From Bacteroidales bacterium (GTDB lineage: Bacteria; Bacteroidota; Bacteroidia; Bacteroidales; UBA12077): a stretch of 29,888 nucleotides of DNA. Positions 19,167-28,576 of the stretch are shown here, one piece after another. The translations under genes and the position numbers were made by a program. The notes beneath the pieces were generated by a model. It was given only the letters and a program-made list of their open reading frames with translations. It ran no database searches and had not been told where the DNA came from. Position 1 is the stretch's first letter, and the number at the start of each line of letters is the position of its first letter. The stretch spans positions 1-29,888 of the forward strand of contig JANQHR010000001.1 of the NCBI GenBank assembly GCA_028282585.1, written 5' to 3'.

Positions 19167-21182
19167 TTATTCTGAATCTGCGCGATCTATCATTCTTATT
19201 TTTTCTTCAAGCAATTGTATTTCTCTACGTGCACTTTCAATTTTACCTTGGTAATCTTTCAACATTTCCTTAGCTTCAGGTGAATCTGCAGAGAAAAATC
19301 CAATATTATTTTCCCAAAGTGTTATATTGCTTTCGAGTTTCTTTATTTTATTAAAGAATTTATCTCTTTCATGTTTAATTTTATTGGATGATTTAGGCTT
19401 ATGCTGAAGATTCTCAAGTCTATTTTGAAATTTCATTAAATTCTTTTCCTTATCATCAACTTTCAACTTATCAAACTGTTTATTTAGTTCTTCTCTAAAC
19501 TCATTCTGAATTTTGTCTTTCATCTTATAAGGTACAAAACCAATTTCTGAGAATTCCTCTTGGAACTTTTTAAGCGCTTCATAATTCTCACTTACATTGC
19601 TTGTAAACTCGTAATTCTTAACCTTGTCTATAATTTCTTGTTTCTTTTTCAGATTGATTTCAAACTCTTGCTCAATATTTTGATAATAATCCGCCTTTTT
19701 GTTAAAGAAATGATCACAGGCAGCCCTAAAACGTTTCCAAACCTTATCGGATTGTTTTCTTGAAACTGGTCCAATTTCCTTCCACTCTTTTTGAAGACTT
19801 ATAAGATCTTTAGTGGTTTTTTTCCAATCAGTACTATCTTTAATTGCTTCTGCTTTTTCGCACAGTTCAATTTTCTTTGATAAATTCTGATCTTGTAACT
19901 CTTTATTTTGAGCATAAAACTCTCTCTTTTTACCGAAGAACTTGTCACAAGCATCTCTGAAACGAGCATATATTTTATTGTTATCCTTTTTAGGAGCAAA
20001 GCCGATAGTTCTCCACACTTTTTGTAATTCAATTATTGCATCCGTCTGATCAGTCCACTCTTTGTGAGATTCCAAAGTTTTATTTGCAATTTCTTCAGCT
20101 TGTTCACATAATTTCCCTTTTCTTTCCAGGTTACTTTTTTGTTCTTCTTTTAAATTTTTGAAATAATCTTGATGTTTTTTGTTTATTACTCGCGTAGCTT
20201 CTTTAAACCTCTCCCATAATTCATCTTTCTTATCATTTGGAACGGGACCAATTTCGCGCCATTGATTATGGAATTTTTGAAGTGTTTTAAATGCAACAAC
20301 AACTGATTTTTCCTCGATTAGTTTTTCAGCTTTCTCGCACAGTTCTGTTTTTATCTCAAAATTTTTCTTAAGATCTAAATCTCTGAGTTCTTTATTAATA
20401 TTAATAAAATCGTAAAACTTCTCAACATGATGGTGGTATGTATTCCAGAGATCCTTTAATTTTTGTTGAGGAACCTGACCAATTTCTTTCCATTTTTGCT
20501 GTAGCTCTCTAAATTCTTTAAAAGTATCACCAATAGATTCATCTTTATTAATTAATTCCTTTAATTCTTCAATGATCTCATATTTCTTTGTAAGATTAAC
20601 TTCTTTAACCTTTTCTTGATCCCGGTTATATTCAGCTTTTAATCTTCTGTATCTTTTAAATAAATCTTTTAAATCCTCTTCAACAGGATCTTCCGCTGGA
20701 GCAAAATCTTCAATAACTCCACCCTGAGCTAAGAAATCCTTTCTTTTTTGTTCGTTTAAAGCCTTTTGTTGCTTATAAAAACTGGCCTTGATTGCTTCTA
20801 CTTCTTTTCTTATATCATTAATTAAATTTTTATCAATAATCTCTCGTAATTCTTTAACCAAATCTTCACGACTAAGCTTTGTATAATCAACCTCAACGAT
20901 TTGTTCTTGTATCTTTACTTCTTCCGAGTCCTTTACCTTTTCTTCATCATTTTCAACAATTGAGTCTCCGCCTTGGTTAAGTTCATTTACATTTTCCTCT
21001 TCCTTCTCATTCATCGTTTGTTCAACCTCAGTTTGTTTTTCATTTCGATCAGATTCATCAACTTCACTTTTAGACTCTTTTTTTTCTGAATCTAATTCAG
21101 CTTTATTTTCATTCAATTCTGGCTTCTCATTTTGATTTCCATCTTGAACAGAATCAGAGTTTTGTAAATCTTTAGTGCTCAT
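19167..21182 (-). CDS. DUF349 domain protein (repeated helical modules, acidic disordered N-terminus)
   Basis: Four LQ..W..IG.VP......W..F-type modules, C-terminal ENNIGFF coiled coil; upstream of pyrG. Confidence 0.9.
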   Translation of the reverse strand: MSTKDLQNSDSVQDGNQNEKPELNENKAELDSEKKESKSEVDESDRNEKQTEVEQTMNEKEEENVNELNQGGDSIVENDEEKVKDSEEVKIQEQIVEVDYTKLSREDLVKELREIIDKNLINDIRKEVEAIKASFYKQQKALNEQKRKDFLAQGGVIEDFAPAEDPVEEDLKDLFKRYRRLKAEYNRDQEKVKEVNLTKKYEIIEELKELINKDESIGDTFKEFRELQQKWKEIGQVPQQKLKDLWNTYHHHVEKFYDFININKELRDLDLKKNFEIKTELCEKAEKLIEEKSVVVAFKTLQKFHNQWREIGPVPNDKKDELWERFKEATRVINKKHQDYFKNLKEEQKSNLERKGKLCEQAEEIANKTLESHKEWTDQTDAIIELQKVWRTIGFAPKKDNNKIYARFRDACDKFFGKKREFYAQNKELQDQNLSKKIELCEKAEAIKDSTDWKKTTKDLISLQKEWKEIGPVSRKQSDKVWKRFRAACDHFFNKKADYYQNIEQEFEINLKKKQEIIDKVKNYEFTSNVSENYEALKKFQEEFSEIGFVPYKMKDKIQNEFREELNKQFDKLKVDDKEKNLMKFQNRLENLQHKPKSSNKIKHERDKFFNKIKKLESNITLWENNIGFFSADSPEAKEMLKDYQGKIESARREIQLLEEKIRMIDRADSE

Positions 21183-21328
21183 ATTACCAGTTTTTCTTTT
21201 TCAAATGACATGAATATTATCCATTTGTAATTATAGGTTACGAAAATAAATATTTAACGACTAATACTCAAAGAATTTTATCATTAAATATTAAAACATA
21301 AATATACAATTTTATCTATAACCGAATT

Positions 21329-21360
21329 AAAAAAAGCTGATCAGATAGTTCCCAATCAGC
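21329..21360 (-). terminator. Terminator after the FadL-like gene
   Basis: Minus strand GCTGATTGGG...TCTGATCAGC-TTTTTTT. Confidence 0.7.
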
Positions 21361-21392
21361 CTTAATTATAATATCAAACCTTTCCGCTTGTT

Positions 21393-22889
21393 TTAAAACT
21401 TAAATCCAAATGTTAAAACATAATTATTTACTTTATTATCGATGTTTGCAATTGCGTCATTAAATTCATACTCGTATGCTTGCATACTGTAACTGTACTG
21501 AGACTGAGAAAATGCTAAGTCCATAAAGAATTTATCTGTTCTGTAACCAAGACCTCCTGCAATTGTAAATTCATCATAATTATCATTGTTCTTATAAGGG
21601 CTTGTAGAATATCTTCCCCCACCTCTAAAATATAAAGGCCCATATCTTAATTCTGCACCTGCTCTTAAATTATGTGTTTTATCATAAATTGAATTTATAT
21701 CATCATTATCTACTGTAACTTCCTGGCTATTAAATTCATCATCAAGCTTCATAGCAGAATAATCGGCATATTCATAATCGACATTAATTAGGGCAAATTT
21801 ACCAACTTGAAATCCGACACTTCCAATATATCTCCAAGGTGTAGTTAATTCATATTCATATGTCTGCACCGGAGATGTTGCTGGTTGAAAATCATTTGCC
21901 GTATCATAATACCCTATAGCGCTGTTATTAAACTCTTGGGTTAAACTATAAAAAGTCGGCGTGTGTAATGACACTCCAAATCTCAGGAAATCAAAGGCTT
22001 TATAAATTGCACCAATTTTAAAATTAAATCCAGTTCCTTCCGTTTTGGAGTATTCTCTAAAATCAAAACCATCTGTAAATACGATTGGAACGTTTGTTGT
22101 TTCAAATTCATAATGTGAAGCGAACTGCTCATATCTAAGTCTATATATACCAACGCTCGCACCTAAATATAATCTATGTGCATAATTTCCGCTAAAAGAG
22201 AAATTAAATTCACTTATAGACCCCTCAGTTTCAATAGCCTTTCTTTGAAATATTTCGAAATTATCCGGATCATTTATTACTTGGTCGGTAATATCGCTAA
22301 AATAAACCGTTCCGCTTGTATCGATAACACCCGAGCTAAAAAGCAGATATTCATATGGTCCATTTAAAAAAAGCGGATCAATAGTTTGATCATTGGGGTT
22401 GTAACCATCCACGTTTGCTTGATTCACAAACACCTCCATAAGTGAATTATTATTAACTCCTTCAAAGCGAAGATTATTATTTAAATCTACTGTGCGATTA
22501 AAACCAACCCCAAAGTTAAAGTATACCCATCTAGTATCAGAGTCTTCCAAATTATAGGATGCAACAAAACCTAAATTATTTAAATTTAGTGCATAATTAC
22601 TTTCATTAACCGAATTACCAATATATTGGGCATCATTCGTATTAAAACTCATACCAGGAGAAAATACGAATTCAGAGCTTCTATAGATACCTAAACCTGC
22701 CGGATTAATCGCAATGGAAGAAAAATCACCTCCAATTGCACCAAATGCCCCTCCCATTCCTATAAACCGGGCAGTCCCTCCATATTCGTTTTTAGAGAAA
22801 TTTAATGCATTTTCAACATAAACTGATTGTGTATAACCTATATTTATTGAAATAAAAAGTATAATAATAACTAAAAATATTTTTTTCAT
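21393..22889 (-). CDS. OmpP1/FadL-family outer-membrane beta-barrel
   Basis: Signal peptide, GTARFIGMGGAFGAIGGD...NPAG hatch motif, amphipathic strands, C-terminal FGFKF. Confidence 0.88.
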   Translation of the reverse strand: MKKIFLVIIILFISINIGYTQSVYVENALNFSKNEYGGTARFIGMGGAFGAIGGDFSSIAINPAGLGIYRSSEFVFSPGMSFNTNDAQYIGNSVNESNYALNLNNLGFVASYNLEDSDTRWVYFNFGVGFNRTVDLNNNLRFEGVNNNSLMEVFVNQANVDGYNPNDQTIDPLFLNGPYEYLLFSSGVIDTSGTVYFSDITDQVINDPDNFEIFQRKAIETEGSISEFNFSFSGNYAHRLYLGASVGIYRLRYEQFASHYEFETTNVPIVFTDGFDFREYSKTEGTGFNFKIGAIYKAFDFLRFGVSLHTPTFYSLTQEFNNSAIGYYDTANDFQPATSPVQTYEYELTTPWRYIGSVGFQVGKFALINVDYEYADYSAMKLDDEFNSQEVTVDNDDINSIYDKTHNLRAGAELRYGPLYFRGGGRYSTSPYKNNDNYDEFTIAGGLGYRTDKFFMDLAFSQSQYSYSMQAYEYEFNDAIANIDNKVNNYVLTFGFKF

Positions 22890-22907
22890 TTTTGTAATTT
22901 TTAAAAT

Positions 22908-24242
22908 TTATCTTCTACCGCGACTGCTATTCGAACTTCCCGAACTTCTACTTGAAGAACCTGAACTTCTTCCAGATGAACCAGAACTTCTAACTGAACT
23001 TCCTGATGACCTTGAAGAACCTGACGAACTTCTAACCGAACTTCCTGACGACCTTGAAGAACCCGATCTACTTACTGAACTTCCCGAAGATCTTGTGGAC
23101 CTCGAAGGTGTATAAGTACTGCGAGATCTACTTGAAGAACCTGATCTGTTTGGAGAATAAGTTGATCTTGAAACTCCCGAAGATGATTGCCCTGATCTTA
23201 CATTAGAACTTTCAGGTCTGTTATATCGTGTTGTAGATCGCGAAGGAGTACTATAGGTAGATCGCGATGTTTGTTTTGGTCTTGTATAATTTCTTGTTCC
23301 TGATGTACTTCTTTGTGAACTACTACTAACTGCAGACCCAGATCTACTTGAACCTGACTCACGAACTCGAATTGTTTCTCCAGACTGATTAGCTCTTGTT
23401 CTTACCGTACTAACTTCACCTGATCTAACCGATCTTGATGATTGCCTATCAATTCCAGATTTTACTGTACTAGAAGATCTAATATTTCTTCCCATATATG
23501 TTTCAGGTAATTCTCGTGAAGTTCTGCCTACAGATCTAGTACCTGCAATACCTGCAATACTTCTTTGTCTGTACGAATGAAAAGAAGAACTAACTACATG
23601 ACCATTATGATAATATGGGTGTGAATGATAATAATAAGGTCTGTAATACCAGTTATTATAATACCCAAAATGATAAGGCCTATGATACCAACTACTGTAA
23701 TATCCAAAACGATAAAATGGATAGCCATAACCATAGTAGCCATAACCATATGAATACCAGCTATGGTATGGTCTCCAGGTAGACATCCAATAAGGTTCAA
23801 CCCAGATATGGTCTCCCATTATAACAACATTATAGTATGGATCATTAAAAAACATAGATGCATACCAATAATCATCAGAGAAAGTAATAAAGGAATTATT
23901 CATCCCATAATAAGGACTACGCATAGCATCCATTCTTCTATCCCAAGCTTCAGAATAGCTATCAACAATTAATCTATCGTATGCGCTTTCGTATTCATAA
24001 AGAGTAGTATCGATATCATTTTTACTTGTATCTTGTAAAATATCAGAGATTTGTTTATCATATTTTTTAGAAAATATGGTTGCTTCGTTCTTATCGTAAG
24101 AAGGATTTTCATAAACATCATTACTGGCTAATTGTTCGTCTGTTGGTGAATAATATAAATCGTCACTCACAGTGCTTTGTAATGATGAACATGAGGCCAA
24201 TAGTACAGATAAGAAAATGATTAAAAAAAATTTAGTTTTCAT
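22908..24242 (-). CDS. Lipoprotein with Tyr/Trp/Gly-rich core and Ser/Arg/Gly low-complexity tail
   Basis: Lipobox LLAS-C, DDLYYSP motif, aromatic-rich middle, about 200-aa S/R/G tail ending RGRR. Confidence 0.85.
   Translation of the reverse strand: MKTKFFLIIFLSVLLASCSSLQSTVSDDLYYSPTDEQLASNDVYENPSYDKNEATIFSKKYDKQISDILQDTSKNDIDTTLYEYESAYDRLIVDSYSEAWDRRMDAMRSPYYGMNNSFITFSDDYWYASMFFNDPYYNVVIMGDHIWVEPYWMSTWRPYHSWYSYGYGYYGYGYPFYRFGYYSSWYHRPYHFGYYNNWYYRPYYYHSHPYYHNGHVVSSSFHSYRQRSIAGIAGTRSVGRTSRELPETYMGRNIRSSSTVKSGIDRQSSRSVRSGEVSTVRTRANQSGETIRVRESGSSRSGSAVSSSSQRSTSGTRNYTRPKQTSRSTYSTPSRSTTRYNRPESSNVRSGQSSSGVSRSTYSPNRSGSSSRSRSTYTPSRSTRSSGSSVSRSGSSRSSGSSVRSSSGSSRSSGSSVRSSGSSGRSSGSSSRSSGSSNSSRGRR
22984..23067. 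repeat. 42-bp tandem repeat x2 inside the lipoprotein tail (SGSSRSSGSSVRSS)
   Basis: GAACTTCTAACTGAACTTCCTGATGACCTTGAAGAACCTGAC then GAACTTCTAACCGAACTTCCTGACGACCTTGAAGAACCCGAT. Confidence 0.8.
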
Positions 24243-24247
24243 AATGA

Positions 24248-24254
24248 ACCTCCT
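24248..24254 (-). promoter_or_regulatory. Shine-Dalgarno AGGAGGT, 5 nt upstream of the lipoprotein ATG
   Basis: Minus strand ACAGGAGGTTCATT-ATG. Confidence 0.7.
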
Positions 24255-24283
24255 GTTTTGTTATATTTTATTAATTTATTACT

Positions 24284-24291
24284 TATTTTTG
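24284..24291 (+). promoter_or_regulatory. -7 element (TATTTTTG) for proS
   Basis: TAnnTTTG consensus followed by CA; TTTG at 24257-24260. Confidence 0.55.
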
Positions 24292-24327
24292 CAACTCTAA
24301 AATATCATAAAAATCACTGAAAACAAT

Positions 24328-24342
24328 ACAAAAATCATACCA
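24328..24342 (-). promoter_or_regulatory. Sigma54-like -24/-12 promoter for the lipoprotein-FadL operon
   Basis: Minus strand TGGTATGATTTTTGT (GG-N10-GT). Confidence 0.55.
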
Positions 24343-24345
24343 TAC

Positions 24346-25821
24346 ATGGCGGAAAAACTTACAAAAAGACAAGAAAATTACTCACAATGGTATAATGAAT
24401 TAGTTGTAAAAGCAGATTTAGCTGAAAACTCTGCTGTACGGGGCTCAATGGTAATAAAACCTTATGGTTATTCAATTTGGGAAAAAATGCAAGCTGCTTT
24501 AGATAAAATGTTTAAAGATACGGGGCATTCTAATGCTTATTTTCCATTGTTTATTCCAAAATCATTCTTTTCGAAAGAAGCAAGTCATGTTGATGGTTTT
24601 GCAAAAGAATGTGCAGTTGTTACTCATTACAGGCTAAAAAATGATGAAAAGACCAATAAAATAATTGTTGATCCTGCCGCAAAGCTTGAAGAAGAACTTA
24701 TTGTACGTCCAACATCAGAAACGATTATCTGGAATACATACAAAAACTGGATTCAATCTTATAGAGATTTACCTATTTTAGTCAATCAATGGGCAAATGT
24801 TGTTCGTTGGGAAATGAGAACACGTTTATTTCTAAGAACGGCTGAGTTTCTATGGCAAGAAGGACATACGGCACATGCTACAAAAGAAGAAGCAATAGCG
24901 GAAACAGAGCAAATGATAAATGTTTATGCAGATTTTGCCGAAAATTGGATCGGGGTACCCGTGATAAAAGGCTACAAGTCTGAAAATGAACGCTTTGCCG
25001 GCGCGCTTGACACTTTTGCTATTGAAGCCTTAATGCAGGATGGTAAAGCATTACAGGCCGGAACTTCACATTTTCTTGGTCAGAACTTTGCCAAAGCATT
25101 TGATGTAAAGTTTGCAGATAAAAATGGAAAACTCGATTATGTATGGGCAACATCATGGGGAGTTTCCACCCGATTGATGGGTGCATTAATTATGGCTCAC
25201 TCCGATGATAATGGATTAGTTCTGCCTCCTAAATTAGCTCCAATACAGGTTGTTATTGTCCCAATTTATAAAGGACAAGATCAACTTGACATGATAAATA
25301 AAAAAGCTAATCAGATCAAAGCCAATTTGGAAGCTAAAGGTATTTCGGTAAAATATGATAACAGAGATACTCATAAACCTGGTTGGAAGTTTGCAGAGTA
25401 TGAACTAAAAGGAGTTCCTGTAAGAATTGCGATGGGACCTCGCGACCTTGAAAATAATACTTTAGAAATTGCTCGCAGGGATACGTTGGAAAAAGAGATT
25501 AAATCTCAAGATGGCATTGAAAATTACATAGAAGAATTACTAAATAATATTCAGAATAACATTTATCAAAAGGCATTAAAATTTAGAGACGAAAATACTC
25601 AAAAGGCAGATACATATGAAGAATTCAAGAGTATTATTGAAACTAAAGGAGGATTTGTTTTAGCCCATTGGGATGGTACACCAGAAACCGAACAAAGAAT
25701 AAAAAATGAAACCAAAGCTACAATAAGAGTTATTCCATTTAACTCCGATGAAGAAAATGGTAAGTGTATTTATTCTGGAAAAGCATCTAGAAAGAGAGTA
25801 TTATTTGCAAAAGCCTATTAA
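24346..25821 (+). CDS. proS: Proline--tRNA ligase (archaeal/eukaryotic type)
   Basis: [51 protein letters not shown]-terminal FAKAY. Confidence 0.98.
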   Translation: MAEKLTKRQENYSQWYNELVVKADLAENSAVRGSMVIKPYGYSIWEKMQAALDKMFKDTGHSNAYFPLFIPKSFFSKEASHVDGFAKECAVVTHYRLKNDEKTNKIIVDPAAKLEEELIVRPTSETIIWNTYKNWIQSYRDLPILVNQWANVVRWEMRTRLFLRTAEFLWQEGHTAHATKEEAIAETEQMINVYADFAENWIGVPVIKGYKSENERFAGALDTFAIEALMQDGKALQAGTSHFLGQNFAKAFDVKFADKNGKLDYVWATSWGVSTRLMGALIMAHSDDNGLVLPPKLAPIQVVIVPIYKGQDQLDMINKKANQIKANLEAKGISVKYDNRDTHKPGWKFAEYELKGVPVRIAMGPRDLENNTLEIARRDTLEKEIKSQDGIENYIEELLNNIQNNIYQKALKFRDENTQKADTYEEFKSIIETKGGFVLAHWDGTPETEQRIKNETKATIRVIPFNSDEENGKCIYSGKASRKRVLFAKAY

Positions 25822-25834
25822 AATAAAAATAGAT

Positions 25835-26518
25835 ATGACAGAACATGATAAAAAGGAGAAGATATTATCTGCTCTTGAAATGAAGTCGCTTGTAAAACAA
25901 AAGGTTTACGATCAAACTTTAGAAACTTTTAATTTATTAAAAGTAATTTTACAGGAAATAACCGAAGAATATAATTCCGAGTTACAGGTAAAAGATCCTC
26001 GAGTTAGCTTTGGCTATAAAGAAAGAAGTCAGTTCGAAGCAGAATTAAAAGTAGCCGGAGATTTATTAATATTCAGCATGCACTCAAACATATTTGAATT
26101 CGACAAGTCGCACAATGTTTGGAAACTGAATTATGTAAAAGAAAATGCTTTGTATAGTTATTGCGGAATTATTAATGTTTATAACTTCCTTTCTGACTCT
26201 TTTAAATATAACAGGTTAGATGACTTGGGATACTTAGTTTCCAGATTATTTATTAATTTGGACAAACATTTTTTTGTTGAAGGTAAAAGGCAAGAAGAAT
26301 ATCAATATAATAATTTCGGATCAAAGAAAATAAACAAAGACTATTTAAAAGATATTATACTTAGAATAATTTTGTATGCAATTGATTTTGACCTATTAGT
26401 TCCTCCCTATGACAATATTAAAATTGCTTCGGTCGCTCAATTAAATGAAAAAGTAGAATATCATAGGATGAAAACAGGAAAAAGACTTGGATTTAAATTT
26501 AATTCCGATGATGTTTGA
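25835..26518 (+). CDS. Hypothetical protein, probably co-transcribed with proS
   Basis: Open 227 codons from MTEHDKK, 13 bp after the proS stop; ends TGKRLGFKF. The ORF-track start at 25748 overlaps proS. Confidence 0.8.
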   Translation: MTEHDKKEKILSALEMKSLVKQKVYDQTLETFNLLKVILQEITEEYNSELQVKDPRVSFGYKERSQFEAELKVAGDLLIFSMHSNIFEFDKSHNVWKLNYVKENALYSYCGIINVYNFLSDSFKYNRLDDLGYLVSRLFINLDKHFFVEGKRQEEYQYNNFGSKKINKDYLKDIILRIILYAIDFDLLVPPYDNIKIASVAQLNEKVEYHRMKTGKRLGFKFNSDDV

Positions 26519-26547
26519 AATAAAATTATTAACTATTTAAGCAAACT

Positions 26548-26576
26548 AAATGCCTGATTTTTTATCAGGCATTTTT
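26548..26576 (+). terminator. Rho-independent terminator
   Basis: AAATGCCTGAT-TTTTT-ATCAGGCATTT-TT. Confidence 0.8.
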
Positions 26577-26620
26577 GCATCATTTCTAAAACTTAATCGT
26601 CTTTATATTGTATTAAATAA

Positions 26621-26739
26621 TGTTTAAAATCGTACACGTTGTGTTACATATTCGAACAAAAGATTTAAAAGTACCGTGTGAGTAAAATAAAAAAACATAC
26701 TAAGAATCAAAAATATAGATATGTTGGCACAAAATATGT
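26621..26739 (+). promoter_or_regulatory. Tandem UAS-like sites plus a sigma54 -24/-12 promoter
   Basis: TGTTTAAAATCGTACA (26621-26636) and TGTTACATATTCGAACA (26642-26658), right half-sites 22 bp apart; TTGGCACAAAATATGT at 26724-26739. Confidence 0.65.
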
Positions 26740-26780
26740 TAATAAAGATACAGATTGCTAATCTTTAATATTCAAAAGTC

Positions 26781-27089
26781 ATGGTAGTTGATTTAAAAGC
26801 AAATGAATTAGTTTTAAAAGCAGGTGATTCAAATTACTTTGCTGAAGACAAGAGTATTGATGGAAAGTTAATTTTAACCAATCAACGCGTTTACTTTAAA
26901 ACAAAAGAAGATCAAAACTCAGAATATAATTTGGAAATCTTACCGGAACAGATTCAAGAAATTTTATATTTCAATACAATGAAAATATTTCCTAATGGAT
27001 TAAATATAATTTTAAAAGAGGGTAAGGAATTTAAGTTTAAGATCGGAAAAAGAAATTCTTGGGGGAAGGTTTTAAATAAGATTTATTAA
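26781..27089 (+). CDS. Stand-alone GRAM / PH-like domain protein
   Basis: 102 aa; L..NE..L, GKLILTNQRVYF, I....I..I, PNGL.I....G....F, terminal W-containing helix. Confidence 0.7.
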   Translation: MVVDLKANELVLKAGDSNYFAEDKSIDGKLILTNQRVYFKTKEDQNSEYNLEILPEQIQEILYFNTMKIFPNGLNIILKEGKEFKFKIGKRNSWGKVLNKIY

Positions 27090-27144
27090 TACAGTCAATT
27101 TCAAAATTACATATATCTTTTATTATTCACAATTAAAAGAAATT

Positions 27145-28563
27145 ATGAAATTATTTATAACTGTAGTATTCTTTTTCGCTTTATTTGGTGCAAATATTTA
27201 TTCTCAGGAAAATGAAATTGTTATTCCCGAAATAGATTCTCTTCTCCAACATCAAATAAAAGAGGGCTCACCAGGATGTGTGGTTGGAGTGATTAAAGAT
27301 GGTGAGTTTATTCATAAAAAAGCTTATGGATTAGCAAATTTAGACTTTGATATCCCGCTCACAACGTCTTCTGTATTCAGAATTGCCTCTACTTCAAAGC
27401 AATTTACTGCTGCCAACATATTTCTATTAGTGGAACAGGGTAAAATCAGCTTGAATGATGACATTAGAAAGTACTTAGATAGCTTCCCTTTTTATGGCGA
27501 TACTATTAAAGTCAAACACCTTATTCATCACACAAGTGGGTTAAGAGATTACACAGGTTTAATGTATCTTTGTGGTTTAGAAGATGATTATCAATATACA
27601 CCCAACGACCTTTATCAACTAACGATACGTCAAAAAGAACTTGACTTTAAACCGGGAACACAATTCAGTTATAGCAATACCGGGTATTTTTTGTTGTCAA
27701 AAATTGTAGAATCCGTAACAGGAACTACATTAAACGAATATGCCCAAACAAACCTGTTTACCCCATTGAAGATGAAAAACACCCACTTTCATGATAACCA
27801 TAAAATGATTGTAAAAAACAGAGCTTACGGATATAGTTACGGGAAAGATGCATATGAAATTTCCATGAGCAATAATGATATTGTAGGTGATGGTGGCATT
27901 TTTACAACACTTGATGATTTAAAACTTTGGGATGCAAACTTTTATTCTCATAAAGTTGGTGGTATAGATTGGCATGAAAAAATGATTACACCGGGCAAGT
28001 TAAATGATGGATCTGCAATTCCGTATGCTGGTGGATTGTTCATTCGTGATTACAGAGGTCTGAAAAAAATAAATCACGCAGGCTGGTATGCCGGATTTAA
28101 ATCGAGTATGGCTCAATACCCCGAAGCAAAAACAAGCATCATTATTCTGGCCAATAGTCCTAACTTAAAACCTCCTATCTTAACAAATCAAATTGCTCAA
28201 ATTGTTCTAAAAGATAAGTTAGCGCCAAAGGTTTCTTCAAAGAAAAAAAGACTTCCTGATAATGCAAAGAATAAAATTCAATCTGAAATCCCAAAAGATA
28301 TTATGAAGGCATTGGCTGGTGAATATTTTAGTTCTGAATTAAATTTTTGGTATCAAATTTTTATCAAGGAAGATAAATTATTCTGTAAAAGAGGCAACAA
28401 TAAATTAGAACAACTTCGATTTATTAACAAAGACCTTCTTATGGTTGATAAATATATAACCTTATCACCAAAATGGGAAGAAGGAAATCAGATTTCAGCT
28501 TTTACACTAAGTGTAGGAGATTCAAGAAATATACTTTTTGAAAAAGTTGATTTAAAAAACTAG
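27145..28563 (+). CDS. Secreted serine hydrolase, beta-lactamase class C/AmpC-like fold, with an extra C-terminal domain
   Basis: Signal peptide, SxxK (STSK), HTSG, YxN (YSN), HAG; about 100-aa C-terminal beta domain. Confidence 0.9.
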   Translation: MKLFITVVFFFALFGANIYSQENEIVIPEIDSLLQHQIKEGSPGCVVGVIKDGEFIHKKAYGLANLDFDIPLTTSSVFRIASTSKQFTAANIFLLVEQGKISLNDDIRKYLDSFPFYGDTIKVKHLIHHTSGLRDYTGLMYLCGLEDDYQYTPNDLYQLTIRQKELDFKPGTQFSYSNTGYFLLSKIVESVTGTTLNEYAQTNLFTPLKMKNTHFHDNHKMIVKNRAYGYSYGKDAYEISMSNNDIVGDGGIFTTLDDLKLWDANFYSHKVGGIDWHEKMITPGKLNDGSAIPYAGGLFIRDYRGLKKINHAGWYAGFKSSMAQYPEAKTSIIILANSPNLKPPILTNQIAQIVLKDKLAPKVSSKKKRLPDNAKNKIQSEIPKDIMKALAGEYFSSELNFWYQIFIKEDKLFCKRGNNKLEQLRFINKDLLMVDKYITLSPKWEEGNQISAFTLSVGDSRNILFEKVDLKN

Positions 28564-28576
28564 AAGTTCAAGTCCA

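Noticed and set aside
22908-23400. CRISPR array or non-coding repeat
   Set aside because: Repeats are in-frame Ser/Gly/Arg codon repeats with no spacer structure; no cas genes in the window
25748-25834. Longer N-terminus of the ORF after proS, or a possible frameshift fusion with proS
   Set aside because: ProRS ends with its conserved C-terminal FAKAY; the ATG at 25835 has a typical A-rich leader
27145-28563. Beta-lactam resistance gene (ampC)
   Set aside because: Has HAG rather than KTG plus an extra C-terminal domain, typical of generic peptidase/esterase members of the fold
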